Assembly (NCBI GenBank): GCA_965178125.1
Contig: OZ237773.1
Span: 186,001 to 250,000 of the forward strand
DNA: 64,000 bases
Direction of reading: 5' to 3'
Source of the DNA: Bilabrum cf. latius
Taxonomy: Eukaryota
Below the pieces are notes generated by a model that had not been told where the DNA came from, made no database searches, and was given only the letters and a program-made list of their open reading frames with translations. The first letter of the stretch is position 1, and the number at the start of each line of letters is the position of its first letter. The position numbers and the translations under genes are program-made. Shown piece after piece: positions 1 through 14,461 of this stretch.

Positions 1-3000
1 TCTGCAGAAGAGCAGAACCACCCGAACTGGGTATCCCGCTTCGTTCTGACGCGCTGCCGTGCCCGCTCTTAGTCTGCCCTGCAGTATTGGATGGCTGGCC
101 AGCAGACTGCTTCTTTCGGGCTGCTCGCTATGCCGACTGATCCGATCCCGAGTCACCAGAGGGCAGCAGCCCGGCGGCAATGGCCAGCTGCAAAGCTGCA
201 AGCGATGCCAGGGCGATGACCTGCCTCGCGCTTGGCTGCTCCATTAAGCTACCAAGGGCATGACCCCCACCATCAGAGCCGAGTCCCTCTGGCGATGCCG
301 TCGGTGACACGCCAGCAAGCGGAGATGCTGCCATGGGACTTGACGAGATTCCAGGCCCAGGTTCCCCGCTTGCAAGCACCTGCATGCAGTCGGCTAGCTG
401 TGCCAATACACTGCCGATCGACGGGACTGGGTGCCTGCTTGCGGCACACGCCGCGGTTCCGAGGCTCGTCCATGGCATGCGGGAGGCAAGGAGTGCTCGC
501 TGGAGACCGTGTGACGAGTGACTTGGGTCTACCATGGAGGGGCCGATCGCGTCTCCGCAGGCGCGCGCAAATGCAGCAGTCTCCAGAGAATTGAGTCCAG
601 CCCACGGGGCACCAGCTGCGCCGCCACTTTCAAGAAGTTTCTCAGGAGTATCGGCCGATGCACCGTGCCCGCTAGCACTGCCCGGCTACTTCGAATGGGC
701 AGCACCACCGCCACCTACTTGGTACCGTGCGGCCAGCAAAGTCCTGTGCACCATCGCGGCTTTCTCCTGGGCCACCCGGTGCGACGAGTGCCGCGGTCCA
801 CCGGTGGATCGATCCGATCCCTGCGACCTAGCGGATGACGAACGGCCCATGCCCGAGCTGCTGGCGATCGCTCCAGCCCCTGCAGCACCACGTCTGCCCC
901 TAGCGGCCGAAGCGCTGTCGCTGTCGCTCGGCATAGACACTGACAACGATGAAGACGATCTGCCCATCGGTCCATCAGCAAATCTGATGGGGGCGTCAGA
1001 CTCCATGTCATTGTTAAGGTCTAGCCCGTGGCATGCCTCTAAACCGTGCAGCAGCACAAGCGCTATGCATCTGGGAGCTCCCTAGGTCTGGGCCGGCACT
1101 GAGCTCTGCTTGTTGGGCTCGTACGGCTGCAGCGCAAGCACCTGCAGCTTTGCAGGCCGGCCATCCGAAGCATGCGATTGAACTGCACCAGAATCGGCTC
1201 TTTCCATAGAAATCTGTCCTGCTGCTGCCTGGTAAGATGCTTCGCGACTCTCCGTCGTTCCCACGCCGCCAGGCAGGGATGCCTTCTCGCCGGCTGACCC
1301 GAGGAATGCGGCCGATGGCAGCATAGGCGACTGGCTTGAGCTGCTGCTATCAGCAGCATTCTGCAGGAGCACGCCTGCAGTGCACTGCTGAGCAATATGG
1401 CTGGTCCCAACTGTGACGCAGGCGGACCGCAGCAGCTGGCTGAACGCCTCCCTTGCCGCTCGACCGGTCGCAGTCTGTTCCTCCCGGGCAGCCGCTGCCA
1501 GCTGCGACCGCAAGCCGCCTCCAGCAGCTCCTGACACAGAGCCGATACTTGATAAAGCGCTACGATAAGGCTGATTGTTACTGGAATTAGCCGCTGCGGC
1601 GCCGTCACCGCCCTCACCATCCGCAGTGCCAGCGCCCTCACGATCGGATCGCACCGGTGCGGCCAGAGACAGCACAACGTCCTGAAGGACTGAGTCGTGG
1701 ACTCGGAGCGATATATCCATCGCCGGTGGTAGCAGGGTCAGAGTGGCTCCAGCCGCGTGGACTGACGCATTCCGCTACCCATACCCAAGCCACTGCCGCT
1801 GCCGCTGCCGCTGCCAGGATGCCTGAAGGTGACTGGCACCAAGCCATGCATCCACTACCCGACGCATCGACAAACTGACCGCCTCCATCGAGTTGCGACC
1901 AATCTGCGTAGAAGCACCTGCTTGCTCGCCTTCGGGCTCCCCAGACTGTTCCAAAGTGGCGTGCACGGAAGCAGCGAGGGACTGCTCCTGGGACCGAAGC
2001 AGCCACATCCAGCAGCTCACGCCGACAGCGTCTCCTGCAGACAGGTGTACCGGCCTGATGGCATCCGCGCAGGCCTGCAGGGTACCAGCAATGGAGCATG
2101 CTACCGTGTGCAGCGCCATGCAATGCAACTGTCCGGCAGAAGCCGGCCCTAGCACAGTCACAGGGGCCTTTCGCTCCTGCTGCGACGACAGCGCCGATCC
2201 GCCTGCTCCCAGCAATCCACCAGTGGATCGTAGATGACCCGCAGCTCCACCCGGGCGAACCCCTGGACGAACGTTCCTTGCTCCGATCCCGAGGCCCCCG
2301 AGCTGCCTCCCGCTCGTCCCGCTGGATGATGATGCGGCCCCGATCCCCAAACCGGTCTTTCTGGCTCCGAGTCCTGCTGCAGAGGGCGCTGCAGGCGTTG
2401 TCGCTGCGGACGCACCGCCTTGACGCCTGCCTATACGCGATAAAGTACCGGACGCACGTGGATTTCCGGCCTTTCCATGCGATGCAGCTGGTCCCGATCG
2501 TGGGTGTGAGGCTTGGCGGGAGCCAGCTGTGCCTGCAGCACCCCCATGCGATGCACCCGCAGCCTTTCCAGACAGTTTCCCTGCGCCATGCGAGGCGGCC
2601 GATCTATGGCTATTCTCCATAGCCACTTCGCTCGTCACACTAAGCAGGCAGGCGGCAGCATCCACGGCGGACTCTTCTGCGACCAGCCTCGTCATCCCGC
2701 CAAATGCTCCGATCAATCGGACAGCCGCTGGCCTGGACAGACACATCGGGAGCACCACGTCCTAGAATACATCTGCGCTGCCGATCACTGGCGCCGTCAT
2801 TTGGGAGGACGCACCGGCTCTATGCTTGGCGGCATTCGCACTGCTGCCGCTGGCTGGTCTCGCCTGTGCAGATGCCCTCCTGAGATAGGCAGACAGGGAC
2901 ATGCACTGGCCTGATAGCACTGCCCTGAGCGCGGGAAACTGCGCAAAGTCGTGGGCCAGGGGTACGGTGCCACGTCCTCGATCCGATCCTTGATCCGATC

Positions 3001-6000
3001 CTTGATCCGATCCTGAGGAGGGGGCGTTGCTTGAAGCGGACCCGCTGGTTCCAATAGCACGTCGCTTGCCAACAACGCTGCACCGCAGCAAATTGAACAG
3101 AACCAGCTCCGGCTCAGACAGTACCGTTTCGGGTTGTGATACTGAGCGGGACAGCTGGGTACTGCCACCTGCAGCGCCTGCAGCTTCTTCATCGGACTTG
3201 CCCTACTTAACCTTCGATGCTCCATGCTCGACATTTCTACCGTCCTCACTCGTTACACCGCTGGCTCGCATTAGTGGTGACGTGTCCAGAAGCAGCGCGC
3301 CGATGCACGTCGCGGGGTCCAGCACCGCAATGCGATGCGCCTCCAAGATCAGCCGCCTGCACTGTCCCACCGGCGGCCAGTCGCTCGGGCAGAGACCGGC
3401 AGACTCGAGATCGGCGTCTGTCGGAGTTCCGGTTTGCGAGCCCGGCCCTGCCTGCGCCGAAGGTGACGAGCTCGCGCCAGAATTCGGACTCTTCCGACCC
3501 CCCACGCCCGCGCCCGCACTCGTCACACCGGTGCCGGGCTTGCCCCCCCTCTGCCTCTGCCTCTGTGCCCTGGCCCGCTGCTGGGACGCCTGCTGCCTCG
3601 CCGACTGTGCCCGACGAACCCTCTCTTCCGCTTGTTCCCTGAGCACCGCGAAGAGCCGCCGCAGAAAACCGGAACAGCGCTCCCTGATTTCCCGGCCTGC
3701 CACCAAGTTGAGCCGCCGCGCCGCATGCCGCACCGTGCCGCGCGCATCGAGGCTCCTGCACACCGCCTGATGCAGGGTCGCTGTTCCCTGGCCCATGCGG
3801 TCCAGCAGTTCCGGTTTGTGCAGAACATCTGATCCGATCATCGTCTTCAGCTGCTTAAGGGCCCAAGGGGCTGAGGCCCCGGCGGTGCTCGCATCCTCTG
3901 TGGATGCACTCGTCACACCTCCACTCGTCACACCGGCCACGATCGTGTGGTCCTCTTCGTCGCTCGAACTGGCCATGGCCCCCGACAAGCCGCCGGTGGT
4001 CAATCCAGCTCCACCGGTGGATTGAGCGCGACCGGGCGCGGCCCATCCGAGAGCGGCCCCCAAACCAGACGCCCCCGTCACACTCGTCACGCCGCCACTC
4101 GTCACAGCACCCCACACGCCGCGCGCCAGCACCGCTCCCGCTTGCTGTGCGCAGTCACCGGCGTGCTTCAGCAGCATGTACCGCAGCGAGTCGCACAGGA
4201 GGATGCTGGAGGCGACTCTGACGCGCAACCGGCGGCTGCCGGCGAGCCGGGCTGCAGCGGCAGCGACTTCTGCGTTCTGTTCGGCCACGTCAGGAGCGGC
4301 TGGCTGCGACTCGGAGTCCGAAATACCGATGGGTGGCTCGTCCGAAAACGATGCCGCACGGGTTTCTGCCGCGGTTGCAACCGACCTCAGGAGGGAAACC
4401 GGAAGTAGAGTATCCACCGTTGCCTCCGACGCTGCCACGAGCACATCCGCGAACTGTCCGGGATTATTCCCGGAAATGCACACGCGAAGCACTCTGGAGG
4501 CCATGCGAGCCCCGCTGCTGGCCAGCAGTTTCCGCGCCTCCCCCAGAGCCGACTGCTGCTCCGCCTTGATGCTCAGTCCCATCACCTCCCGAAGGACCCT
4601 TTTATCGCTCCGGGTCGTCGAGGGCTCAGACTGTCTTGCCTCAGACAGTCCTACGACCTTGCCGCCTTCACGTTCGCCGTGGTCCGCGCCGTTGGACATG
4701 CTCGGTTGCGCGGCGCTAGCGGCACTCGCGGAACCGTCGGCCGGCCCCACATGCTCACTGGACAGCGCGGTACTTGTAGCTGCGGAACCATTGCAACCAT
4801 GCGCGGCGCCGCGAGGTAACCCTGCCTACTGCTCCAGAGCCGCGTACAGCTCCAGCGCACTCGTCACACCACCCAACGCTCCCGCTCCCGCTCCGGATCC
4901 GCCGAGCGAAGAGAGGGCCGTGGACTGCGCCACCGGAGACGAGGACAGCGACGGCGATGGCGACGGCATGGCGGACTAGGACGAGGACGAGGACGAGGAC
5001 AAATGCGCACGGTCCGTGGTGCTGGCTACGCCAGCCAGACCGGAACCATGCTCCAGGGCGCCCACGGTACCATCATGCAATGCACCCATGCCGGCGCTGC
5101 CACCCGGCTCGCCTGCTCGTCGCCGGTTGGCAGAGACTAGCTCCCGAGCTACTGCTTGGAGCAACTGCCTGGCGGAAACCGACGGCTGCCCGGACTCATT
5201 CAGTGCCAGCTACATGATGGGACCAGCTGCAGCTCTGGCCACCCCGCAAGTGGCCAAACTAGCGAGCGTGAGTACCAATGGAGTGAGTCCGATCGTGCCA
5301 GGGCTCGGCAGCATCGCACTCGTCATACCGCTGATCTCCTCCGCGGTGCGCAGGGTGAGGGCATCATCTGAGCCGGCAAGGAGCAATTGCGCGGCGCTGG
5401 GAAAAACGGAACCGCTTTCCTCCGCATGCCGCCGGACCGTCGCGAGGATGGAATCCAAGTACATTTCCCGGAATGCTCGCCGAGCTTTCTGCAGCGCTGC
5501 CCGCGCCGCGGCTCTCGGCACACGCGGGTCATCCGTGCGGCGACCCGTCGACGCAGCGGAACCTCGATCCGCCTGCTGCGCGGCGCCGGCGGACTCGTTG
5601 GCTGCTTCCCGAGCCAGGTGCTGCAGCAGCACCAACACCGCGGCGTCTCCAGCGGCGCGCTCGTGGCTGCCGCGCGGCGCCCCCGGTTCCGCAAACGCGT
5701 CTTCCGGAATGGGCTCACGCGGTGAAATATCCGATTCAATCGGTGGATCGCTGCTGCTCGGCTAGTTCCGGTTTGATGTCCTCCTTCTCTTGGCCGGACG
5801 CGGGGCATCGCCACCTTGGCTGCCCCCATCTGAATCTCCATTCCCGCTTTCACTGCCATGGCTAGCGTCGTAGCTGCTGCTTCTGCTTTTCGCGCTGGCT
5901 TTCTTGCTTTTACTGGTACTGGGTGCTGCTGCTCGCCGGCGAGCGAGTGAGTCTGACCGGGCCGCCCGTGAGGACACCCGCTCCCCCCGAGCACTTGCTC

Positions 6001-6103
6001 TGGAGGCGAGCACCGCCATGTGCAGGTCGCTGTCCTTGTTCACGTCTTCGTCGCCATTGCCGTCCACATCTTCATCCCCACCATCATCATCATCATCATC
6101 ACC

Positions 6104-6135
<32 letters not shown>

Positions 6136-6733
6136 CATCACCACCATCACCATCACCATCATCATCGGTTTTGCTCGAAGCTCCCGCAGCCTGTTCACCC
6201 TCGGAGCCGGCATCTTGCTCGCTTCCACTGCTCACGACCACAATCCCGTCTTCATTTTCATCTTCATCTTCGTCTTCGATGGCGTCGGTTTCGCTCGCTG
6301 CGACGCTGCTGGACCGGGAGCCAGTCTTGGCAGGCGACGATGATGCTCGCTTTGAGCCCGAGGCAGACTTGGCACCACTGCCACTAACATCATTCGGCTC
6401 ATGTTGGTGCAAGTCGCGTTCAGGTTCATCTGACTCTGTCAAAGAACTTCGTGGTCGCTTGTTGCCGATCTAGTCTGGCTGCATTTTATCTCGATCGTTG
6501 TCGTCGGCTTCGTGCCCTCCCTCCAGGCGAGTGCTTGGCTTCGATGCGTCTTCTTCCCTTTCCGAGGATGACACGACGCCCCCACGCAACGCTAACCTAT
6601 GTTCAACAAGATCAGATAGATGTTTCCCGCGTTCATCCGCCACCCAGTGCCGTGGACCGGATGCGTCTGCAACAAAAGCGGCGATCACTGCCGCTGGAAT
6701 GGCGCACTCAGCTGCCTGCGAGATGGGCGACAT
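1..6733 (-). CDS. Giant low-complexity protein of unknown function (>2240 aa, runs off window start); acidic N-terminal region with poly-Asp
   Basis: ATG at 6733. Track ORFs 6470-6733, 5762-6442, 5210-5638, 4976-5164, 3203-4750, 2762-3091, 1775-2758, 1082-1720, 686-1057 and 128-535 are all in one frame. They are separated only by TAG (6470, 5762, 5210, 4976, 4826, 3203, 2762, 1775, 1082, 686, 128), with no in-frame TAA/TGA. Confidence 0.8.
6080..6166. repeat. (CAT/CAC)n trinucleotide tract encoding poly-Asp/Gly on the minus strand
   Basis: Visible run of catcatcat/caccat. Confidence 0.95.
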
Positions 6734-7271
6734 GTGCGCTGTACAATACTAGAAAGTGTACAAGTAGTATCGCTTTTACTTAATTTTCGACGATTCATTG
6801 ACTAACCTGCAAGGCGCGAGCGAGCCATTGCGCTGCTATCCTGGTCGTCGTCTGCATAGATCGCCCTTCAGAAAACGAAATAGCATTATCAGCAGGCCTA
6901 AGCTCGCAAATAAGGGCAAGAATAAGTTCCTTAGACACGCATTCCGGCATTTTGTGAAGAACGCCTTGCGATAGCTCAGATTGTTGCTGGCTAGTGAACG
7001 ATGCAGTTGCAGTCCCATCCCCGTACCGCTGACGGAACTCTGTACGAATCGATTCAACAGAAGGATCACACTACAGGAACTGGAGGAATTCACGAACATG
7101 TTTCTTGTGTGACATGGCCACCGACCATTCAAAAGGAGATGTGGGCCAAGCGCGGTTGGCAATGCATTAATGGCTCCGGAAAATGGACAGGCTCCTTTTC
7201 GATCATTGCTCCACACCTTGATGCGGTTTTGGTAAACTCTCCACAACGAATGGCTTGCACTCGTCTTCATC

Positions 7272-7952
7272 TTAAGGCCAGTCCCCGTCGGGGTCACTTC
7301 CCTCAGCAAAGGGATTATCTCCAGGCCCACCCCCACTGCCAGGCGCTTGCCTCACAGGGGCGGGCGACGCTGGCCTTCCCCCCGCCTCGGGGTCATCGAA
7401 CCCACCCCCACCTGAGTCACTCCCATCCTCTCCGAATGTGGCCTGGGCTCGCTGCTCGTTTTCACGCCGCGCGGCGCTGTCCCGTGCTTGCTGCTAGTTG
7501 GGCGCTGAGCCGTGGCCCTCTCCCGTGGTCATGAAGCACGAAACGATGAACGAAAGCAAGCCCGCTAGCACGGTAACACCTCCTGTGGTATAGGTTGCCC
7601 AGTGGTTCACCGTGAAATAAAATATGCTCGTGAATACCGCAAAGAGCCCACGTCCCATGTAGTAGTCCAAGAACAAGAAAGGCCACAGCAGGTTCTTCTT
7701 GACTATCTCGATAGTATTCAATGAAGCAAGTGCCATCAGCAGACCGAAGCCGAATCCGTACACTGCCAAGCATGCGAGAGTGATCGTATTGTCGTCCGAG
7801 GAGCCGGAAGCAACGATCCTGTCAAGTGCAACACCGCACAGCGTGCACTGCACTACTCCTGTTAGACCATATAATACTCTCGTGATAGTGACAATGCTCC
7901 AGCATTGCTCTTCTCCGCCAGCAGCCGCTGGGGCAGGTGCTGGTGCAGACAT
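7272..7952 (-). CDS. COPI-associated / TVP15-like Golgi membrane protein
   Basis: Hydrophobic segments with the F-L-x-Y-x-GRGLF motif (PFLFLDYYMGRGLFAVF). TAG at 7494 reads into an acidic tail (N[Q]QQARD...DNPFAEGSDPDGDWP) ending at TAA 7272-7274. Confidence 0.75.
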
Positions 7953-8444
7953 CTGCAGTGAAAATGAAGCAATGCCGTTTTACAAGGTGCCGTCCCAAAT
8001 ACCGAAGAACACCATACCAGATGTACATATAGTAATGTAAGGCTGCTAGAACGCGCAGTGACCTCCAGGGTTGAAGCCTAAGGCTACGACGATTCTTCAC
8101 GATCTGGCGTTTGAGAGATACAACGAACACTGCGGCTCCCGAACTCACTGTCGAAAGCAAAGAAGCTTTAAAGTTTTAAAATGGATTGGTGCCTTCGCAA
8201 GAGCTAATTTGAACTGATGTAGCAAGCAGCATTCGGCGGCTGTCCACTGATCACACTTTCGAATCCACTGTGGCACCGATCCGAGCAGCTGGTTTTAATC
8301 TAGAACAGATAAATTGCAATACATGACACTGTATTGGCGAAAGGCAAACGCAATGCGTGCACATCTGACAAGCGGCGGAGCCTTCCCCATGTACCCAAGT
8401 GCCAGCCGATCAATCCATCACAAACGCATCAAGTCGATGCTCGC

Positions 8445-10057
8445 TCACTGCGTCGAGACGGGAGCATCCTCCTCCTCCGTCTTTCCGGGCGCACCCTGCC
8501 CCTTTACGACCGCGGGATCCAGGCAGGTCATGTTGCCGTCTTCGTACCAGCACACCGAGCCGCCCGCCGGCACAACGCGGCACCTCTGCGCCGACCGCAT
8601 GAGCGCCACCCCGATGGGCGTATCATCCTTCAGGTGGTACTTCTGGAACTCCTCCCAGCCGCTGAGGATCTCCGTCGCCTTTGTAGCGTGATAAAAAGGC
8701 ATGTCGGAGAACAAGTGGTGCACCACGTGAGAGTCGGCGATGTGGTGGAACGCGATGTCCCTGAGCCAGCCCCACGATCGGTCCACGGTCGCAAGGGCAC
8801 CCCTCAGGAAGGTGAACTCGCCCTCGTGCCAGTGGGGCACGTACGTGTCAGTGTGCTGCAGGTACGTGATCAGCGTCAGGTGCGCGTTGACCACGAGGTA
8901 GGGAACAAAGTAGTGCGCGCCCATGGCCAGAGGACCCACCCACACGGTCAGCAGCACCAGACCGGTTGCAACCGCCATGAACCACACCAGGCTCTCCCGC
9001 ACGAACGGCCGCTCTCCCTTGGTGAACAGCGCCGAACGTTCCTCGAAATGGCTGTTCCTCTTGCCGACGTATTTCTCCGGCCCCGCAGCGTTGATGGCGA
9101 GATAGGCGGGCCACCCCACCACGGCGATCTTGATCGTGTCGAGCAGCGCACCGAGGGGGCTCGTCGCGAAAGCCTCCTGCACCTTGTGGGAGGTGTGCCT
9201 CCACTGCAGCTGCTCCTGGGTCACCTACTGCTGGTCCTCGGGGGCGGTCTTGGATTCGGAGCCGGAATGCTCGCCCTCGTCCTTCTTCGCCTGGGCCGCA
9301 AGCTCCCCGATCGAGTCGTAGGCGGCCGGTACAAACACCTCGTCGTTCTCCATGCAATTGGTGTTTGCGTGGTGGTTGGCGTGTGAGATGCGCCATGGGT
9401 GGAAGGGGACGAGCAGCGCAGTGTGAAGCACATGGCCGACGAGGTAGTTGATCCAGTCCTGCTTGGCGAATGCGCGATGCCCGCACTCGTGAGCGACAAC
9501 CCACAGCCCAGTCATCACGCAGCCTTGAGCGTACCTGTGAGATGCATGGAAAGGGTGCGCAGGCAGGTGTGGATGGTGCGCCGGAGCAGCAGACTGACTG
9601 ACCTTAAAAGACATACATGCGAGGCAACGACAACTCAGATGCTTCAGAAGCAACAACGGCCTGATCGCCAATGAAGAAACATAACGCTTCTATGATTGTC
9701 TCAAACGAGCTCCGATAGAGTCATTTCATTGCATGGCTGTCCTCACCAGTATGTTGGCCAGGCCACCAGCTGCACTAGTCCCGGCAGCTCCTAAATTTGG
9801 AGACCGGCGTAAAGTAGTACAGCAACAAGAATAATATCACGAACCAAATAAACGAAAGACCAAAACAGGCTTGGCGTGAAAAGGTCTACTCCGTCGCTGT
9901 GGCTCTTGATGTAGTTGCGAACGTCGTTGATAGAAAACGGAGGTGGCTCCACACATTGCGGACTTGGCTACCCCGCGAGGCTCTTCTGCGGCTTGTTAAC
10001 TTGTTGAGGTGCCGCTTTGTTCCGAGATTGCGTAATTGACTTGCCTCCTTTGCCCAT
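8445..10057 (-). CDS. FAD2: Delta-12 (omega-6) fatty acid desaturase; exons 10057-9747 and 9534-8445
   Basis: N-terminus MGKGG...PPFSINDVR. Spliced WPTYW|YAQG with GT-AG intron 9746-9535. His boxes HECGH, HANHH and HVVHH. Three in-frame TAG (9968, 9791, 9225); stop TGA. Confidence 0.93.
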
Positions 10058-10351
10058 CTTGGCTGCTGTTCAAGATGCATCTCGCGACGCCAGCCCGCAA
10101 CGGCGGTTGTAACCAAATTGAGATAGAGAAACAATCAGAAATGCGGAATCGGGGATGGCTTGATGTCGCCGGTCCATTCCCTCGATTAGATTCGAGTGTT
10201 GATAACTGACATTCACTATGTTCAACAACTTTCTCCCGCTGATCGATGACACGTGCAGACGGCCCATTGAACCAGGCCATGGCACGTGGCTTCTACCCTA
10301 CCATGCCCAGCACGCAAGAATCCAAGCTTAGATTGCTGATAGCACATCAGG

Positions 10352-13300
10352 TCATGACTGCTTGTCACCATCGACTACTGCACTCCCAACCGACGTTTTC
10401 CTGCTCCACTCCCGCAGCATCGACAAACGCCTCTCGAGGCTGCGAATGGCTGGATCGCTCATCTCCCTTGCCTCTCGTGTTGTCGTGCCAGTGCCGTGCG
10501 AGTGGCTCCAGCCGAATCCATCCGTGAGCGAGCTTCTAGTGAAAGCTTGGCCCCCCAGAGTATCTCTGCTGTCCGATGGGGGCGTGCTGCTGGACGCCAA
10601 CCCGCTTTGCAAGCGTCTGCTGCTGCTTCTGCTTGCACCCCCTTCAGCACCCCCTTCTGCCTTGCCTTTCCTATTCTATATCCTCCTAGCCTTGGCCTCC
10701 TTCCTCCGCTCTTTTGCCAAGCGAATTTCCTTCCTGCGCTCGCTCCAGGCGAGAAATGAATCGCGGGAGGACTCCCGGAACGGCAACATTAGGTCAAACC
10801 CGTCACTTGTGTCACTTGCCCTGGGACCCGAGGACCCGGGCCCGGAACCTTCTCCCAATCCCTATGCAAAATCGCTGCCAGCCTCGCTCTGCTCCGATTT
10901 CCTTGGAGACCTGACTTCACCTGTGCTCTTTGATCCACTGGTTGCGGCGGCAGCGGCACCGCCTCTTGTAAATCCACTTGCGCCATCAGCGGCAGCTTGC
11001 GGCATGCCACCATGCCGCTTGGATACGACGGCACTGCGCCAAGTCCTGGGCGCCTCTCTCGCTGGAGATAATACGCCTGGCTCACGGGGGGAAGTCTTGA
11101 TCTTCCCTTGTTCAGGCGCGGCATCTGCAGCTTGCTCCCGGTCTGAATCTGGGGACTGCTAACGACGCCTCGCTGGCCTCTCGTTTTCTTTTTTCTTGCC
11201 ACTGCTACCGCTGCCGCTGCCACTTCCGCTGCTGCTTTGCAACGCGCTCTTACCCGGCGCCTTGGGGACTTTGCCCTTGCTTCCTGAGCTGCTGCTGGCG
11301 CCTTTCGATGAACCAACCGACACGTGTCTCACGATGGCTTGAGGTGACCCGTGGTGCTTACCATCTGACGAGCCACCAGCATGCTCATCATTGCCATCGT
11401 GCACTCCTTTGTCCTGACCCCCGCTGCCGCTGCTTGATGTCCCACCGCTCCCTGCACCAAACACCGGGCCTCGAGTTTCGCTGCTCTGCTCCCGGTACAG
11501 GGCCACAGGACTGCCGACAGCAACGTGTCGTTGCCGTGCCGCATCGCTGTCCCGGGTCGATGAAGATGACGACAATCCGGAGCTGGGATGTCCCTGTCCT
11601 TGCCCGTGACCGCGCGTGTTTCTGTCAAAGCATGGCTGCGAGTGACCGTGCGTGCCTTGTAAGGACGCGAGCTCAGTCAAGGAGGTCCCGACGGGCGCAG
11701 TGGCGGCGCCGGGCGAGTCACTGCCCTCCCCGGCTGCCACTGCAAGCGAGTCGGAGTCTAGGTAAACTGGCCGCATCACGTGCCGTGTTGCTGCCAGCGG
11801 TGGGTTGTGGGATCTTGCTCCAGCGGTCGCCGGTTTCTGTCTCGAGGAGTGCCTCCTTGGCCGTGATGACTGTACGAGACTGGGCGTGGAACCGGTGTCA
11901 CCTGATCTACCCGAGGCAGCGCGTGTCTTCTCTGCCGCGCCAGTGCCACCATCATCCCCATCTCCGTTGTCACTTGCCCCTGTCCCAATGCTTCCCCCCC
12001 ATGTTTGTAAGCTGTCGCCGGTGCCCGCGCTCTGGCCCCATGTTCGCCCTTTGCGTCCCTTGAGTGCCCAACGGCTTAGTGCCCGCCGGCGAGCGCCGGT
12101 CTGATCCGGCTCGATCACCGGCACGCCACCGACCACCTGCCGCGAGGCCCAGTCCGATGAGCCCATGTTGGATGTGGTAGCATTACCCACCATTGTTCCC
12201 TGTGCGACGCTATCGCTGAACCACCTCTTGCCGACCCCAGCATGGTCGCCATAGTCGTCTTCCTCGTCAGCGTCAGCGACTGGACTCACCCACCGCTGGC
12301 CACCCTCACTCGTCACACCATGAACCTCGACCGAAGCCGAATCGCCGGGCAGCAAGCCGTGGGCCACCCCGATGGTGTGCGGCCGGCGCCGGTGCTGCCC
12401 TCGTGCCCGGTCCCGAGGCACGAGCCACGCGCGCGGCTTGCGCACTCGGCTGGGGCCAGGGACAGGGCTTGCCCGCGCGTTGTTATCATGGCTGCTGATG
12501 CCTGCCCCCCGAATCGATCCAGAGCCGGAATGCGCGTCCTGACCTGCGGCGCTGCTGCCCTGCACGGTGGAGGAGGCGGGGCGACGCCTGGACGGCCGGT
12601 CGCTCTCACTGCTTTGTTCCCTAGACCCGTGCCGAGTTCCTGCGGCCAGCAGACCCGCGAGATGGCGGGATCGCTGACATGACCCGCAGGAGGGGCCCCG
12701 CTGCGATCTTGGAGGCTGCTGCAGGTGCGGGTGCAGGTGCGGGTGGGACGGATCTGCAACGGTCTGGGACCGCTGGAGCAGTGCTCTCGCACGGGCGCCG
12801 GGGTGGGCTTGGCCGAGTTGGGCTCGCAGATTTGCACGTCCATATGCTTGAATCTGGGCTTGCGTATTTCCTTGCGCAGTGGAATGTCCCTACTGCAACT
12901 GCTGCTGCATGGCGCTCGGCATGGGCGCCTTCATTCCGATCTTGAAGATTGACCTGCTCTCATGGAGGATCTCGCGGGCCTTGAGCTCTCCGCTGCTTGT
13001 TGTGGTGCTGCCCGTGCTGGTAGTGTCTCCGTTGTATTCACGTCGGTTGGTATCGCTGTCTGGATTCGAGCTGATCCGGCTCCTAGAGCGCACTGTCGGA
13101 TGGTCGTACAGCTGTCCAGACTTGCGATGCACCACATCATTGAGAGCCTTGTCAGCGGCGAGGGCAACTTTTGCTCTATCGCGGCGTGCTCGTTCGCTTG
13201 TTTCTGCTGGTGCACTTGATATGCGGGGGGAGCGGATGCGCCCCGCCTTCCGCTTTTTCCCGCTGTTACTGCTAGCAGTAATGTCGCCCGTCAGGTCTCT

Positions 13301-13639
13301 AACGGCCAAATCCGGGTCGAAATTCCTCAGCTCAGGAATGTGTAACGGCTAACTGCTGTAGCTTCTTAGCTCTCTGATCAGCGACTTGACGTACTCGAGC
13401 CTGCTCTCGCTGGCAGCGCGTCGAAGGGAATTATTGCCGTCGGCGCTAGCGATGGTCGCGCCGGCCGCAGTGCCGGTCGTTTCGCGCCGTCGCAGGTTGC
13501 CAGGCATTGGCGCGTCCGTCCCTTGATGCATGGGAGATGAAACGCCTTCATATTCATCACTTCTATGCTCACTTCCCTACTTTGCAACGGAGGAGGCGAT
13601 TGCGTCTTGCGGGCTGCAGCGTTCACCGTGACTTTCCAT
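10352..13639 (-). CDS. Large disordered Ser/Gly/Arg-rich protein of unknown function (~1095 aa)
   Basis: ORFs 13349-13531, 12890-13309, 11159-12565, 10676-10858 and 10352-10612 share one frame joined by 6 TAG; TGA at 10352. The ATG at 13639 is a best guess. Confidence 0.7.
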
Positions 13640-14461
13640 GTCCTTCCCCTGATTTCCAGGCTTGCGACCAACGCCACGGCCCACTGGCAGTCCTGCTTGC
13701 GGCTTGTCTCGTGGTGATGGTCCTCCTGCGCAAAGGAATGAGAGGGTGCGATAAATTGAACGCAGTAGTAATGGTATCCTGGATTTAGTAGACCCGGCCG
13801 GGTGGCCAATCTGATTGGACTGTATTGATCGATCTAGAATATAGGCAGAGAAGCATCATTACACGAGCATATTCACGCTAAATCGATACAAGGACCATCA
13901 GAACTTGTATGGCAGATTAATATACAGTGGCCAAAGACTGCCAGCCTTCGGCGTATCTCCCGTACTTCCCATCGATTTGGCCGATTGTGTGGCAGGCACA
14001 AGTATCATGCTGATTGGCCTTCCTCGCGAGCTTCTTTGACTATTTATCTCCTAAGAAACACTACATGGAATACCTTTGTCATTTCAACGGCAACATACGA
14101 GAACGATGCAGCAACGTGCGTGCCCTTCCACTCAAAGGGAGTGGCGAACACTGGACGACAAGTCAGCCCTTACCACTATAAAGAGGTAGAGAAGCGCCGC
14201 TGTCCAAGTCATTCTACTATTCAGTTACATTACATGCATATACTGCCTCTTTCGTATCTGCGCAGCAGTTTCCCATCGTGTCAATGCCGGCTAAACTTCC
14301 GAACGGAGGGTGACGATAGGGCCTAAATCGCAATCAGCAAGATCCGGACTCGAAATGTATCCAGCAACCAAGAACGGGGCCACATCAACAGAACGCGTGA
14401 TTTTGAATACGGTTTTCGGGGCTCTAGTTATTTGCGGATGCTTGCTCTGTCAACCGCAAGA

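Noticed and set aside
5923-6387. Poly-His / poly-Ile / poly-Met ORFs
   Set aside because: Alternative frames of the (CAT)n tract that encodes poly-Asp in the real minus-strand gene
6780-7112. Short plus-strand frame open under TAG=Gln (...RRITLQELEEFTNMFLV)
   Set aside because: No independent ATG outside the divergent gene's start and no recognisable homology
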